Assembly (NCBI GenBank): GCA_963786955.1
Contig: CAWBAT010000007.1
Coordinates: 64,001 to 128,000 of the forward strand
DNA: 64,000 bases
Direction: 5' to 3'
DNA from: an uncultured Acidimicrobiia bacterium
GTDB lineage: Bacteria; Acidobacteriota; Terriglobia; Versatilivoradales; Versatilivoraceae
Positions 32,369 to 43,072 of the stretch are shown in pieces (within the stretch, counting starts at the first letter, position 1; each line of letters starts with the position of its first letter). The notes beneath the pieces are model-generated. The model was given only the letters and a program-made list of their open reading frames with translations, had not been told where the DNA came from and made no database searches. The position numbers were made by a program, and so were the translations under genes.

Positions 32369-35300
32369 TCATTGAATTCGTACCGTCACGACTTCATTTG
32401 GCCTCAAAGTAACTTCAAACTTATTCTCGCTGATTGAGAGAGGTTTCTTCAAGTCTTCCTCAACTCCGCTGGTAAGTTCGGCCGACTTCAGCTTCCAATG
32501 TGGCAAGCGGAGAGTTACGGTTGTTTCTTTGCCTGCCGTTTCCAAAAAACGCAGGATATGACCGCGCTTATCTTCGGCTCCCTTCCAGGTGACGAGAATA
32601 ACATTGGGAGTATCCGATTCCAGAAAAGCCGTCCCTTCAGGTGGCAGAGATCGGTCCGGGTTCCCCACTTTCTCCTGCGGCATCACCGCGTTGATCTCAG
32701 CGGGCCGCAGATGGCTCATCCCGACCCGGCTCAACTCCTCTGGCACAAACGTACGTGAACTGGTCACCACGTAACGAAATTCGAAATGACCCCCTTGCGA
32801 AGCCCTGTAGTTAGTGTCCCAATAATTATTCATCACGTATGAAAAAATTGTGGAACTTTTGGGTTGGAATGCCGACGGCCAGGAGCCACGGTTGATATCC
32901 CCGAACGAGGCCAGGGGAGCATCCAAAGGAACAATGCCTACCGTCACTTGGTTGTTTCGAATGGCCATCCACTGCTGCACACTAAACCATTCGAGGCTTG
33001 CCCCTTTCAATAGGTCTCTTGAAGGATCGACCCAGCCATTCTGGATTGCGTAGAGAAATTCCGGATTTGGAATAGCGGTAGGGAAAGCAAAGTAAACCGC
33101 TTCTTTCGTGACGACTTCCTTCTTTTCAATCTGGTTAATGAATTCAATTTTCTTTTCCCGGTCGAAGAGAAGGATCTCGGTGCGAATCTCCGGTGTATTC
33201 ATTGCGCTGCTCTGCGTCTTGATTGAATGGCCGAAAGGAGTGTTGGAGACGCTTAGAACCTCTCCCTTCTCGGCTCCCTGAATCGTCAATTGTGGCGCCG
33301 GCCACGTCTTGATAGGACGCATGACCTGCGTGTTGCCGTCTCCTCCGCTCACATACAAATATTGATTGAATTTATATGGACTGGACGCGTCGACCAATTC
33401 ACGCTTGAGTTCTTTATCGTAAATGCTGGATACAGCTCCAGTGGCATGATCCAAAACAATTCGGTAGAAATTGTTTTCGACTGTAAATGTCTTGGGGTCA
33501 TATTTGTTTTCTTTGAAGAAAACTCTTTTTGTCGGGGACAAGACGACCGAATAGCACTTGTAGCCGACGGAAGGCACATCTTCTGCCAAAAAGCGAATGC
33601 GGGAAAATCCTTGTTTCGACCAAAGCGTCTCAAAGGGGACCTCTTGGCCTGTATTCAGATCCTTGACGACCGCTCCTTCCGTGACTAAATCTATTTCAAC
33701 AAGACAGTCCCGCCGCCAATTGACTGGATTGAAAACAATTAAAGTTAAACTGGGAACATGCAGTTGGTCTGTGAACTGGCTCATGGAGCGCTGGAGCCAT
33801 TCATCGATTTCGAATTTAGCTTGCACAGCACGATTGTCCTTGACCTCCAGCTGTTTTCTGGATTGTTCGTGGTCGGGCATGGCTAGAGAGATCCAGGCCG
33901 TCCAGGTATGTTCCCCGAAAAGCATAATATTCTTCCAGATGTCTTCAACCAGCGCCTTGGGCGGTGCGACCGCGGGATTAAGCATGCGATTGATGCTAGA
34001 CAGTATTTCCGCCGACAATGCGCGCTGCTGGTTATGACGATCTTCAGCAACATAATAAGCATCGCTACCGGCGCCGTCTTCCCAGTAAGGGCCCCCATCG
34101 CCTCGGTAGGTTGGCAGCTGTGTTCCGAACTTCTCATCCACGTACTTCATGAAATCCCTCAGAGTCGCGTAATCGAGCCGTGGGTAAGCATATTCCCGAT
34201 TCCAGGCCTCTAGAAAATTGGATGTTTCGGGATAGAGATCGGTATTCTCTACCTGGGTTCCAAAAATCAACACCCCATCCGGCTTGTATTGATCTGTCGA
34301 ATAGGACTGCAGGAAGACGGGTAATGAATCACGAATGGCTGCCTGCTGCGGCGGCAAACCAAATAGACTTTGGACTTGCATGTAATGACGCGAGTACCAG
34401 AAAAGAACTTTCTTGCCGTCCGGCCCTTCCCACCAGAAAGGTGACTTCTCATTCCACAACCCGTTGAGGAGAAACGGCGCCCGCCAGTTATTTCCGCCGA
34501 CCGCAAAATACCGGATTCCCGAGCTTGCCAAAACGGAGGGATACGATCCAGTGTGTGAAGGGACATCCGTGATGTTGGCATAATCCATAGGGAATTGATG
34601 CAGCCGGGCAAGACTCTTGGAATAATAAAGAGAACGGAAGAGGGTTTCTAAGGAAGCTATTCCGGTGAGCAGGTTGAAATACTGTGCCGGCAGGGCCATT
34701 TTGCCCTCCTGCAGCAGCCGGATCGTCTCTCTTTGTTTCTCCTCTGGCCGGGTCGTCAGCAGTTGTTCGAGGACCCAGGATCCATCAATGGAAAAGCGAA
34801 ATGCCGGGTTTTGTTTGAATAAGTCGGTCGCCTGAGAGAGCACGCGAGCCTGCAGTTCGGCGACTTTTCCTTGGTGGTCCGTGTAGCCCACATCCAGGTG
34901 TGTATGCGGCGCGACAAACAGCTTCCACTTACGCTGTGGCTCTAGAGTTAAATCAAATTTCCGGGTCGACCCGGCCACGACTTTCAAGCTGGCGGTCTGT
35001 TTTCCTGACCATTCCGGGATCTCAAAGACAATTCGTTGTTCGCCAATCTCCGAGGCGGGGGGCAGCTTCGCCGTGTAACGATTCCCGTTCAACTCGAGAG
35101 AAACCAGGCCTTTGGCGATTTTTTGATTGAGGCGAATGATCACCTCAACCAGCTCAGCCAGCTCCTCCCCCTTTTGTTTGTAGAAAACCGTGGGCAATAC
35201 GGTTGCTTGAATCCCCTTTGGGGCAAAGGCTTTGTCCTTTTCTTCCGTGAGTTTTAAAGCATCATAATGAAACCCCGATATTCCCGTAGCCGCGGTTCCG

Positions 35301-35869
35301 ATGGCCTGGCTGGTTTCTGCATTATCATCGATTGCCGTCAAAACAACCCGGTTCTCGCCTTTTTGGAACGAGGTTGCCGGGAAATCGACCTCCAGCTGTT
35401 GAAACCCAAAGTGAGGTATGAAAGCAACAGGGAATTCACTGGGGTTGTAACTGATGCGAGGCCGGAAATAATAGAGGCTTCGATGACCGTTGATCTCGAT
35501 TTCAATGTTGGGGCGCTGCGGCATGTAATGCAGCGTGGAGAGGGTCAAGGAGTAAGTGCCCACCGGCGGATGATCAAGGTTAAAGACGATCGTAAACGGA
35601 TGTTTTCTTCCTCCGGCCAGTCCGTTGCTCGATCCCGGGTGAAACCCTGCCCAGTCTTTTTTCCAGTCATTCTGGGTGACATCAAAAATTGGATCAGGCG
35701 GCAACCCGACAGGTATTATCGAAAAGCTCACTCCAAACTCCTCGGAAGACTGGTCGAATAGGCCGATCTGCCAAAGTGTCTGTGGAGCGGCGCAGAGGAG
35801 GGAAGGGGTTGCCAATCCCAACGTAAATAGGAGAACCGCCAATTGAGTAAAGGGACATGGTTTGCTCAT
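32369..35869 (-). CDS. GH38-like alpha-mannosidase with N-terminal PL4 domain-III-like module
   Basis: Signal peptide, LWQIGLFDQSSEEF, PHTHLDVGY, TDVPSH, GEHTW, YVMNNYWDTNY. Confidence 0.85.
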   Translation of the reverse strand: MSKPCPFTQLAVLLFTLGLATPSLLCAAPQTLWQIGLFDQSSEEFGVSFSIIPVGLPPDPIFDVTQNDWKKDWAGFHPGSSNGLAGGRKHPFTIVFNLDHPPVGTYSLTLSTLHYMPQRPNIEIEINGHRSLYYFRPRISYNPSEFPVAFIPHFGFQQLEVDFPATSFQKGENRVVLTAIDDNAETSQAIGTAATGISGFHYDALKLTEEKDKAFAPKGIQATVLPTVFYKQKGEELAELVEVIIRLNQKIAKGLVSLELNGNRYTAKLPPASEIGEQRIVFEIPEWSGKQTASLKVVAGSTRKFDLTLEPQRKWKLFVAPHTHLDVGYTDHQGKVAELQARVLSQATDLFKQNPAFRFSIDGSWVLEQLLTTRPEEKQRETIRLLQEGKMALPAQYFNLLTGIASLETLFRSLYYSKSLARLHQFPMDYANITDVPSHTGSYPSVLASSGIRYFAVGGNNWRAPFLLNGLWNEKSPFWWEGPDGKKVLFWYSRHYMQVQSLFGLPPQQAAIRDSLPVFLQSYSTDQYKPDGVLIFGTQVENTDLYPETSNFLEAWNREYAYPRLDYATLRDFMKYVDEKFGTQLPTYRGDGGPYWEDGAGSDAYYVAEDRHNQQRALSAEILSSINRMLNPAVAPPKALVEDIWKNIMLFGEHTWTAWISLAMPDHEQSRKQLEVKDNRAVQAKFEIDEWLQRSMSQFTDQLHVPSLTLIVFNPVNWRRDCLVEIDLVTEGAVVKDLNTGQEVPFETLWSKQGFSRIRFLAEDVPSVGYKCYSVVLSPTKRVFFKENKYDPKTFTVENNFYRIVLDHATGAVSSIYDKELKRELVDASSPYKFNQYLYVSGGDGNTQVMRPIKTWPAPQLTIQGAEKGEVLSVSNTPFGHSIKTQSSAMNTPEIRTEILLFDREKKIEFINQIEKKEVVTKEAVYFAFPTAIPNPEFLYAIQNGWVDPSRDLLKGASLEWFSVQQWMAIRNNQVTVGIVPLDAPLASFGDINRGSWPSAFQPKSSTIFSYVMNNYWDTNYRASQGGHFEFRYVVTSSRTFVPEELSRVGMSHLRPAEINAVMPQEKVGNPDRSLPPEGTAFLESDTPNVILVTWKGAEDKRGHILRFLETAGKETTVTLRLPHWKLKSAELTSGVEEDLKKPLSISENKFEVTLRPNEVVTVRIQ

Positions 35870-35923
35870 GACTCGACTCTCACTTTCGCGGACAGGCCAG
35901 GGGGCTTGTCCCACCTGATTTTG

Positions 35924-38900
35924 TCATTTCCTCATGAAGCTCGGGCGGGTGTTCCATTCCAAGAGATACCGGATGTGGTCCTCGTCAGAGGGGTAACTCT
36001 CCCTCCGGTAAGGATATGATTTCATCCCATGAAAAGGTAGGGATTCGACGCTCTCGGCCAGGGCGGAATGCAATTCATAGCCTTTTTCGTATCCGTCGTT
36101 GTAAAAAAAATAGGTTCGTTTCCAGCCTTCACGGACTAATGGCATTCGGCTGGAATCGAAGCTCAAACTCACTTCTTCCCCATGCTCCATGACGACATAC
36201 TGGTCATCCGATCTCTGAAGCAACGGAAGGACGTCTCCGAAACGTGTCAGCAGACCCGTATGTGTCCCCCACTCCGCGCTTGATTCTATTTGAGAATAGT
36301 CAAGTCGCTCGGGCATTTGCCCCCCGGGAAGAATCCGTTTAGGGTACCCCAGCCAGTGTAGATCCGCCGAAGCCAAGGGAACTATGACAGATTGCATCAT
36401 GCCGGTATTGATCGATTTAGAACTCAAAGGCACTCTTTCGGCAGATTCTGCAACACGGATTTGATCATAGTAGATGGTACGGTTGGTGCGGATTCGAACC
36501 AACCGTTCGCCAGGATAGAGATATCCTGATAAGTCTATTGCGATAGTCCTAGGAAGACCGGCGGCAACGCCCAGATCCCCGTTCGCCAGTCTCCATCGCC
36601 CGTGGTTGTCCATTACTTCGAGAATTGGACCCCATAAAGTCTGCTTGGCTTGAGCGGCCGCGACGATGGAGGCGGAAGAGTTCCAGTAGCTCCAGCCATC
36701 CAATAGCAACACCGGATTCCGGGCTGTCTCTAAGTCTCCAAGATCCAAAGTCAGTGACCATTCTCCGGCGAACCCTTTAAAAGGAAGCGCCGAGAAATGC
36801 TCAAAATAGTGACGATCTTCTTTGAGAAGCAGACTGGTGACATCATGTCCATGCTGGTCAACGACTCTTCGAACCGGGCGCACTCCGCGGAGAGCCCAAA
36901 AACTGATTGGTTCTCGATTCTTTGGTTCGTTGACCATTTTTTCGTTGGAATAGACTTCCAATTCCTCGGGATGATCGATAGCCAGAAGGGCAACGTGGTC
37001 GAGATAAGTAACCTCCTCCAATGGGTTCGTAAACCGGATCTGCAGAGAGTGATCCAGTTTCGGCTTAAGCTGTTGTCCAGTAATACGCACCCATTCATCC
37101 GGGTCGGGCTGCCAGAACTGATCGGGCGCCACCAATTCTCCGAGGATTCCGGCTCCAAGCGTATCGGTAATAAATTCAAAATATTTTCCATTCCAGGTAA
37201 ATAAAGTGGGGCAGGAGTTCACATCCAACAATGGCTCTTGGACTGTGACGACTCGGTTTGCAGGAGTGTCCTTTATTGTCCAGCGGACTCCGGAAGGGAA
37301 CACGGCCCGCACAAAATCGACCCGATCTTGATTACCCAGATTGAAAGTAATCTCCGGGGCATCACATCCTCCACTGGGATTTCCGGCGTGTAATTCCTTT
37401 CGTTCCCATTGGCCAACCGAGCGGACTTCGACTTTTGTGCCAATGCCCAGCCGATTGCTTTTTACTTTGCCGGGGACTGCATAACCCTCAAGCCGGACTT
37501 TGAGCCAGTGGGCCGGCTTTGTTTCGTTCTGGTTTAAGACAACGGCATTGTTGGATCGGACAATCAGTTCGTCCACGGCGCCATCCCCATTGAAATCGCC
37601 ATAGGCACGAGATTCTCCCAAAGGCAAAGCCCCCGGGAGTCCTTCAGGGGCCGAATGCGACTCGATGAATTTGCCGTCTTTGTTATTCAGAAAAAGCTGG
37701 GGCTTCCCGGATAGGTCGTAAAGAACAAGGTCGATGGCCCTATCTTCGTTTACATCAGAGAACCAGACACTTCTCGCACGGAGGTTGCTGGCGGCAACAT
37801 CCGCTTGGGCCGCTATTTCTTTGAATGTGCCATCACTATTGTTTTGAAAGAGAAGGTTTGCCTGGGCCGGGAAGTCATCAGGGAATTGGATTTCTGTTTT
37901 GACAGGCAATGCAGTCAAATCCACTAAGCAAGTCACGTCAATATCCACATCGCCATCATGATCAATGTCAGCAAAAGCAGCTCCAGTCGCCCAAGTCTGG
38001 GGGCGCAGTGAACGTGAAATCCCCACGGATTGCGTGACGTCCTTGAACTTGCCCTGGTTATTCCGAAATAGGTGAATCTCTCCATAGCCGGCCACCAACA
38101 GATCTGCCCAACCGTCGTTATCATAGTCTCCCCAGGCACAAGTGGTTCCCTGGAGAGGCATTTCAGCCAGGCCGGTCTTCCGCGTAACGTCCTGGAAATG
38201 CCCGTCGGATTTCTGCTCGAACAATCCCGTGGCGCCATTCCCAGTGACAAAAAAAAGATCCAATCGTCCGTCGTTATTGTAATCGCAGAACGAGGCGCCC
38301 GCTCCGCTGGCAGCAACTAGTTTCTTGAGGTGGGATGAGTCTGCAAACCAGCGGCGTGGAGTGGATTGACCTTGCAATATTTTGGAAATTTCTTCATCAA
38401 TCGATTTGACTGGAGTATTGAATACGACTCCGAGTGCGGAAGTGACGTCAGTGTAGCGAGGAACTGCTGTTTCGGCAGGGGCTGCCGTCGGCTGAGACTC
38501 CGCGATGGCTTCCGCATATTTCCCTTGTTTCAAATATTCCATCGAACTCTTGGGGGCCTCAACAACGCGCACACTGGAAGACTCCAGTTTTCTAAAATTC
38601 TCTAGTTCCGCCTGGGCCTCTTCCGCCTTGCCTCCCCGGCTGAGTGCCATGTAAAGGTTGTAGCGCATCCGGCGTTGATAAGGTAGCAGTCTGGCAGCGT
38701 GCCGAAAAGGTTCGATGGCTTCTGCGTATTGACGGTTCTTGCTGTAGCAATATCCCAAGTGAAACCAGCTGTTCGGGTCTTCGGGGTCTGCCCGGGTCAC
38801 TCTCTCGAAGTGGACTCGCGCTTCAGCGAAAGCGCCACTCATCTCGCGGAGAAGACCTAAAATATAGTTGGCATAAAGGTTGTCAGGAGCATCCTTCAGG

Positions 38901-39343
38901 ACTTGTGTCATGGTACTGAGGGCTTTTTCCACCTGCCCCGCATAATAATAAGCCATTCCAAGATTGATTCGGGCGGTCAGATAGTTTGGAGAACTCTCTA
39001 AGGCAGCTTCGAACTCTTTGATGGCTTCCGGGAAGTACTTGGGGTCTTTGGGTCCGGCATCCATTAAGGCAACGCCAAGGTTATTATGCCGGATCGCTTC
39101 GTCTGGCGGTCGAAATGGAGCAGTTGACCGGCAAGAAACATTGACAAAAAAGAGGGAAGTGCATAGCGCAAGGGGGAGAAGAGAAACAAAGCTTTTCGGC
39201 CCGAACCATTTGTGTGATTGAAAATCTATTTTCAAAGGATTGGTCCTTGGCGTCTGCCCGCGGTGTCTGGAGCTAGATATTTGTATGAGCTTGAAGCCTG
39301 TCTTACGACGTTGTGGTACAGGCGTCCCCCCTGCATTCTGCAA
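35924..39343 (-). CDS. TPR + FG-GAP/CRTAC1 + ASPIC/UnbV protein with long C-terminal domain, probable lipoprotein; true start likely downstream of 39343
   Basis: TPRs (HNNLGVALM, INLGMAYY), DYNNDGRLDL/DYDNDGWADL repeats, SNRLGIGTKVEV, SCPTLFTWNG; possible lipobox NVSC. Confidence 0.85.
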   Translation of the reverse strand: MQNAGGTPVPQRRKTGFKLIQISSSRHRGQTPRTNPLKIDFQSHKWFGPKSFVSLLPLALCTSLFFVNVSCRSTAPFRPPDEAIRHNNLGVALMDAGPKDPKYFPEAIKEFEAALESSPNYLTARINLGMAYYYAGQVEKALSTMTQVLKDAPDNLYANYILGLLREMSGAFAEARVHFERVTRADPEDPNSWFHLGYCYSKNRQYAEAIEPFRHAARLLPYQRRMRYNLYMALSRGGKAEEAQAELENFRKLESSSVRVVEAPKSSMEYLKQGKYAEAIAESQPTAAPAETAVPRYTDVTSALGVVFNTPVKSIDEEISKILQGQSTPRRWFADSSHLKKLVAASGAGASFCDYNNDGRLDLFFVTGNGATGLFEQKSDGHFQDVTRKTGLAEMPLQGTTCAWGDYDNDGWADLLVAGYGEIHLFRNNQGKFKDVTQSVGISRSLRPQTWATGAAFADIDHDGDVDIDVTCLVDLTALPVKTEIQFPDDFPAQANLLFQNNSDGTFKEIAAQADVAASNLRARSVWFSDVNEDRAIDLVLYDLSGKPQLFLNNKDGKFIESHSAPEGLPGALPLGESRAYGDFNGDGAVDELIVRSNNAVVLNQNETKPAHWLKVRLEGYAVPGKVKSNRLGIGTKVEVRSVGQWERKELHAGNPSGGCDAPEITFNLGNQDRVDFVRAVFPSGVRWTIKDTPANRVVTVQEPLLDVNSCPTLFTWNGKYFEFITDTLGAGILGELVAPDQFWQPDPDEWVRITGQQLKPKLDHSLQIRFTNPLEEVTYLDHVALLAIDHPEELEVYSNEKMVNEPKNREPISFWALRGVRPVRRVVDQHGHDVTSLLLKEDRHYFEHFSALPFKGFAGEWSLTLDLGDLETARNPVLLLDGWSYWNSSASIVAAAQAKQTLWGPILEVMDNHGRWRLANGDLGVAAGLPRTIAIDLSGYLYPGERLVRIRTNRTIYYDQIRVAESAERVPLSSKSINTGMMQSVIVPLASADLHWLGYPKRILPGGQMPERLDYSQIESSAEWGTHTGLLTRFGDVLPLLQRSDDQYVVMEHGEEVSLSFDSSRMPLVREGWKRTYFFYNDGYEKGYELHSALAESVESLPFHGMKSYPYRRESYPSDEDHIRYLLEWNTRPSFMRK

Positions 39344-39367
39344 TAGGAAAACCTCTTTCCATAATAT

Positions 39368-40294
39368 TTACTGCGACGGTGGGCGCTGCGCGGCAATAAT
39401 ATTTGCCAATCGCTTATACTCATCGTCCATTACAGTAATCGAGAAGTTCGGATCTTTAAGATACTTTCGGATGGGCAACCAATACTCTCCGAAGATACTT
39501 TGACGGGCAAGGGCACGCCAACGCAATGCCGGATCGGCTTTGACGTCTCCTTCTTCTGTCCATTTCAGCGCAGGTTTCTTCAGCTCGCCACGCTGGACAG
39601 CTAGCTTGAACCACTCCCAAGCCTCTTCGCGATTTCCTTCCCGATACTTGAGATAACCGAGCAGGTAAGGAGCGGCCATACTCATGGGATTGTCTGCATT
39701 AGCACTCTCAAGCTTTTGGCGGGCTTTTTCCCAATTGCCTTGTAACAAAGCAACTTCACCCAACGCCAATTGAGCGCCGCTGTCGGGATCAATGGCGAGG
39801 GTCTTTTCAAATATTTGTTCAGCTGCCTTTAGATCCTTGGTTGGTCCCGGTTCCAAGCTGCCATAGATCAGGCCCATTTGCATGTAGCCCCGAGAGGATC
39901 CTTGTGGATTGATTTCGATCAATCGAGCATAATTGTCAAGAGCTTTCCTGTATTCACCCAGCTCCAAATAACAATTACCTTGATAATAAATACTATCCTC
40001 ATGGGTGGGTCGCATCTCAAGGACTCGCTGATAGAGTCCTACGGCTTTATTGAGTTCTCCGGCAGCTCGTTTCTGGCTGGCTTGTTTGTAAGTATCCCAA
40101 AAAAGTCGGTTTCCTTCTGCCTGACTGGCCGACTTCCTCTCTATCTGAGACTCTTTGTGTGCCAGGAGCATTTTGAAGACAGCGATACTAACAAATGCAA
40201 GCAGGATAAACCCAGCGCCGATCCAAAAAGACGACAAAAGCGAAGATTTCATTTTCACGATCGAGTCCCCAGAGAAGCGGCCCAATTGGGACAT
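39368..40294 (-). CDS. Membrane-anchored TPR protein
   Basis: N-terminal TM helix followed by repeated TPR helices. Confidence 0.8.
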   Translation of the reverse strand: MSQLGRFSGDSIVKMKSSLLSSFWIGAGFILLAFVSIAVFKMLLAHKESQIERKSASQAEGNRLFWDTYKQASQKRAAGELNKAVGLYQRVLEMRPTHEDSIYYQGNCYLELGEYRKALDNYARLIEINPQGSSRGYMQMGLIYGSLEPGPTKDLKAAEQIFEKTLAIDPDSGAQLALGEVALLQGNWEKARQKLESANADNPMSMAAPYLLGYLKYREGNREEAWEWFKLAVQRGELKKPALKWTEEGDVKADPALRWRALARQSIFGEYWLPIRKYLKDPNFSITVMDDEYKRLANIIAAQRPPSQ

Positions 40295-43060
40295 CTATCT
40301 CACATCGAATGTATGGATTCTCCAGGGCTGTGCCTTGAATTTCAGTTGTGATTGAGTCAGCTGCACAGAGCCCAAAGTCCGCCCCATAAGATTGGTTTCA
40401 ACAGCACTCTTGATATCAATTCCCAAATCGATTTCGGCTATTGTTTCCTTTCCGCCGATTTCAACGACTCGGAGTTCGTATCCTGTAGGTTTCGTATAGA
40501 AGGCGGAGAGCATGACATTTTCCGGGCTTAGAGATAAGAAACTGCGGCGCCTGGGCAGCGTGCCAGACTGTTGCTTAGCTTGGACCGGGATGAGCCTCTG
40601 CGCAAACTCCTCGGCTTTCCTCACACAGTGGGATTCGCCGAACTCTTTTCCATGCGGGCAGAGGGCGTGCCGGTATTCTGCATAGCGAGGCCATCCGAAC
40701 TCCCCTGTAAAATAGGACTCCCACTCGCGAACGGCCAAATTGGAAATGATTCCATCTTCTCCATACTTGAAGTATTGATTCCCTGAGTGAAGGAGGAGCA
40801 GGCCGCCACTTTCGCCCAACAGATCGAGGAATGTCAGGGCATGAAAGAACCGATGGGAGGTTGGTTCTACTCCAAACGGAAAATCGCGCAGGATGGTGGT
40901 TGGAGAAAAGGAGGGAGCCAGATTGAGCCAATAGCCCTCCTTGATTTCTACGGGGAAGCGACCCTCTTTATCCAGGGCATCGACGGCCGGAGGAATCTCC
41001 GCCAGGACGCGGCTGACGACTTCCACCCAGGGCGTGCGAGAGGCTAAGGTGACATAGGTTTCAAACTTCAAAAGAGGCCAGTAATGGCTCGCCTTGACCG
41101 TTGCCCGAACAGGACCTTTTTCAATCCACCGAATGCTGGACGGCATAGAGGCTTTCCAGTAATCGATCGCACTGGGCTCTGGCTGCCCTTGATTCAGGAC
41201 CAGTTTCGCCTCCGATTGGGAAGAGTCGAAGACCGCCGGGATCTTCATGGCGTCTGCAGGATACTTGCTGTGAACGAAAACGCTCCTCAGGGGGTAGTCC
41301 TGATTGGGTCTTCCCCGGAAGATTGGGAAGGGACACTTTTGACCATCTAACATCTCCCGGCCGGTTGTTTTATCTACCAGGCTGGCAATAGCGCCATGAG
41401 ACGTACCCAGTCGAATCTTTAGGTATTCATTCTCCAGTTCAAGAGTCTCTTGATTAATCTTGAGATCAGTGGGAAGTTCTTCAGGCGTTTCGTTTGTGAA
41501 TTCGAGGGAATAGCTGGCATAACCGACGCTGGGCGTCTTTTCTGCCAGAAATGCCAAACTGGCGACCTGCAGGTTTCCGTTGGTGTCCCGCTCGCCTTTG
41601 ACTAATTGATGTGGAACGAGCCGGCCGGTCTCATCCTTGATGACCACGTTCTTAGCCTTTTGCTTTTTGGGATAGATCCTTCCCGTCACAACGACTCCGG
41701 ATCGATCCCAGGCGCTTGGGTTGAATACCGTAACAAACTGGGTTGTTGGTTTACTGCTTTGAGTGTTGATCCGTTTTGCAATCTCGCCGACGGAAGAGTC
41801 GAGGATCGATTGGGACTGGTTTTGAGCAGCACTCAAATGGTTGAAACCAATAGCACCCCAAGTGAAATTGTGAAAATCCTCGCTTCGGTCGAGAGGAGCC
41901 ATGCGGTCGCTTTGCCAGCGGGAGAACTCGCAAAGGGAGACATCATGACTCTGAGCGGTGAGTAGGTCTTTCCAGGCTGCTTCCAATTGCTGGGTCTTAG
42001 GTTTTACCCCAAGGCTTGAGGCGATCGCATCAAAACGTTCTGCCGCTAGCAAAATGGCTTCAACCTTTCGATCCATAACACGCAATTGATCACCGCCAAT
42101 GCCCCATGGAAGAAGCTTTTGCCAGGAGTCCATATTGAGATAAATGGTCTTCTCCGGATTCCGACCATACTTTTCCATATACTCTTGCAGCGTGACGTAC
42201 TCAATGGGATACGTTTGCGAGAGCTTTTCGTACTTTTTCGCTTCGCTAAGGTAGGCGGGTTGTTCGTGCGGTTCCCATCCGAATTCCGCCCAGTTGATCA
42301 TCAAAGGTTTCCCTAGTTTCTGTAATTCTTTGAGAATCGGAATGGAGGCGAGCTCCTGGGGGCCAAAAGAAAACAGCGAGTTCTTTGGCATGGAAGGAAT
42401 TGTCGTTCCATCTTTGCCTTTCCAGTTGAGCACATTCAGCTCAAGCAATGGTATTCCCGCTCTCCCCCAAGTATCCACTTGGGCAAGACTGGCAAAACGA
42501 AACTCCGCTCCCACCAACATTTGAGGGAGTTGTGGATGGGTAAATTCTTCTTCCTCAAGAAAGGTGGCGATTTCATAGTTCAGAGCCTTCTTGATTGTCC
42601 GGCGGCCGATAACAATCTGGCGTAAGTTTGATTCGCCGCTGATATAGGACCCCATGGGCTGTGCGTAGGTCCCACCGATTAATTCCACCTTGCCTTCGTT
42701 GAGATACTTCTTTAGCTTTTCACTGAGTTCAGGGTATTTTTCAGCCATCAATTCATAAGCCCGAGCATCCAGATTGATGCAGGTCTTAACGCCAGGAGGG
42801 AGATCGGCCATTCCGAAAGCGTCAATCGCCGACAAGGCGCAGGATTCCAATCCCAGCTGCCAGCCTATTCCGATGTAACTCCAATGATTTCCTAACGCGA
42901 GGCAAATTCCTTGAGTCGTGCCTCCTGCTTGGGCAAGCAAATCGGGCATTCTTGGGAAGAGAAAAGCACTGGAACCGCCCAGTAGTCCCAAGCGCAGAAA
43001 TTCCCGGCGCCTTAGATTAGACAAGTGATGCATCCCGTGCGATGGACCCGCTGTTCGCAT
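40295..43060 (-). CDS. Tat-exported divergent GH38-like protein
   Basis: RRREFL; VELIGGTYAQP...SGESNLRQ; QLPQML; WKGKDGT; AQSHD; GH38-type C-terminal beta domains. Confidence 0.75.
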   Translation of the reverse strand: MRTAGPSHGMHHLSNLRRREFLRLGLLGGSSAFLFPRMPDLLAQAGGTTQGICLALGNHWSYIGIGWQLGLESCALSAIDAFGMADLPPGVKTCINLDARAYELMAEKYPELSEKLKKYLNEGKVELIGGTYAQPMGSYISGESNLRQIVIGRRTIKKALNYEIATFLEEEEFTHPQLPQMLVGAEFRFASLAQVDTWGRAGIPLLELNVLNWKGKDGTTIPSMPKNSLFSFGPQELASIPILKELQKLGKPLMINWAEFGWEPHEQPAYLSEAKKYEKLSQTYPIEYVTLQEYMEKYGRNPEKTIYLNMDSWQKLLPWGIGGDQLRVMDRKVEAILLAAERFDAIASSLGVKPKTQQLEAAWKDLLTAQSHDVSLCEFSRWQSDRMAPLDRSEDFHNFTWGAIGFNHLSAAQNQSQSILDSSVGEIAKRINTQSSKPTTQFVTVFNPSAWDRSGVVVTGRIYPKKQKAKNVVIKDETGRLVPHQLVKGERDTNGNLQVASLAFLAEKTPSVGYASYSLEFTNETPEELPTDLKINQETLELENEYLKIRLGTSHGAIASLVDKTTGREMLDGQKCPFPIFRGRPNQDYPLRSVFVHSKYPADAMKIPAVFDSSQSEAKLVLNQGQPEPSAIDYWKASMPSSIRWIEKGPVRATVKASHYWPLLKFETYVTLASRTPWVEVVSRVLAEIPPAVDALDKEGRFPVEIKEGYWLNLAPSFSPTTILRDFPFGVEPTSHRFFHALTFLDLLGESGGLLLLHSGNQYFKYGEDGIISNLAVREWESYFTGEFGWPRYAEYRHALCPHGKEFGESHCVRKAEEFAQRLIPVQAKQQSGTLPRRRSFLSLSPENVMLSAFYTKPTGYELRVVEIGGKETIAEIDLGIDIKSAVETNLMGRTLGSVQLTQSQLKFKAQPWRIHTFDVR

Positions 43061-43072
43061 AAAAACACTCCT

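Noticed and set aside
39300-39343. N-terminal peptides MQNAGGTPVPQ (and MGQAPWPV at 35914) as real protein starts
   Set aside because: They translate from intergenic REP-like palindromes (the first related to those near 32310 and 56620); true starts are probably downstream.
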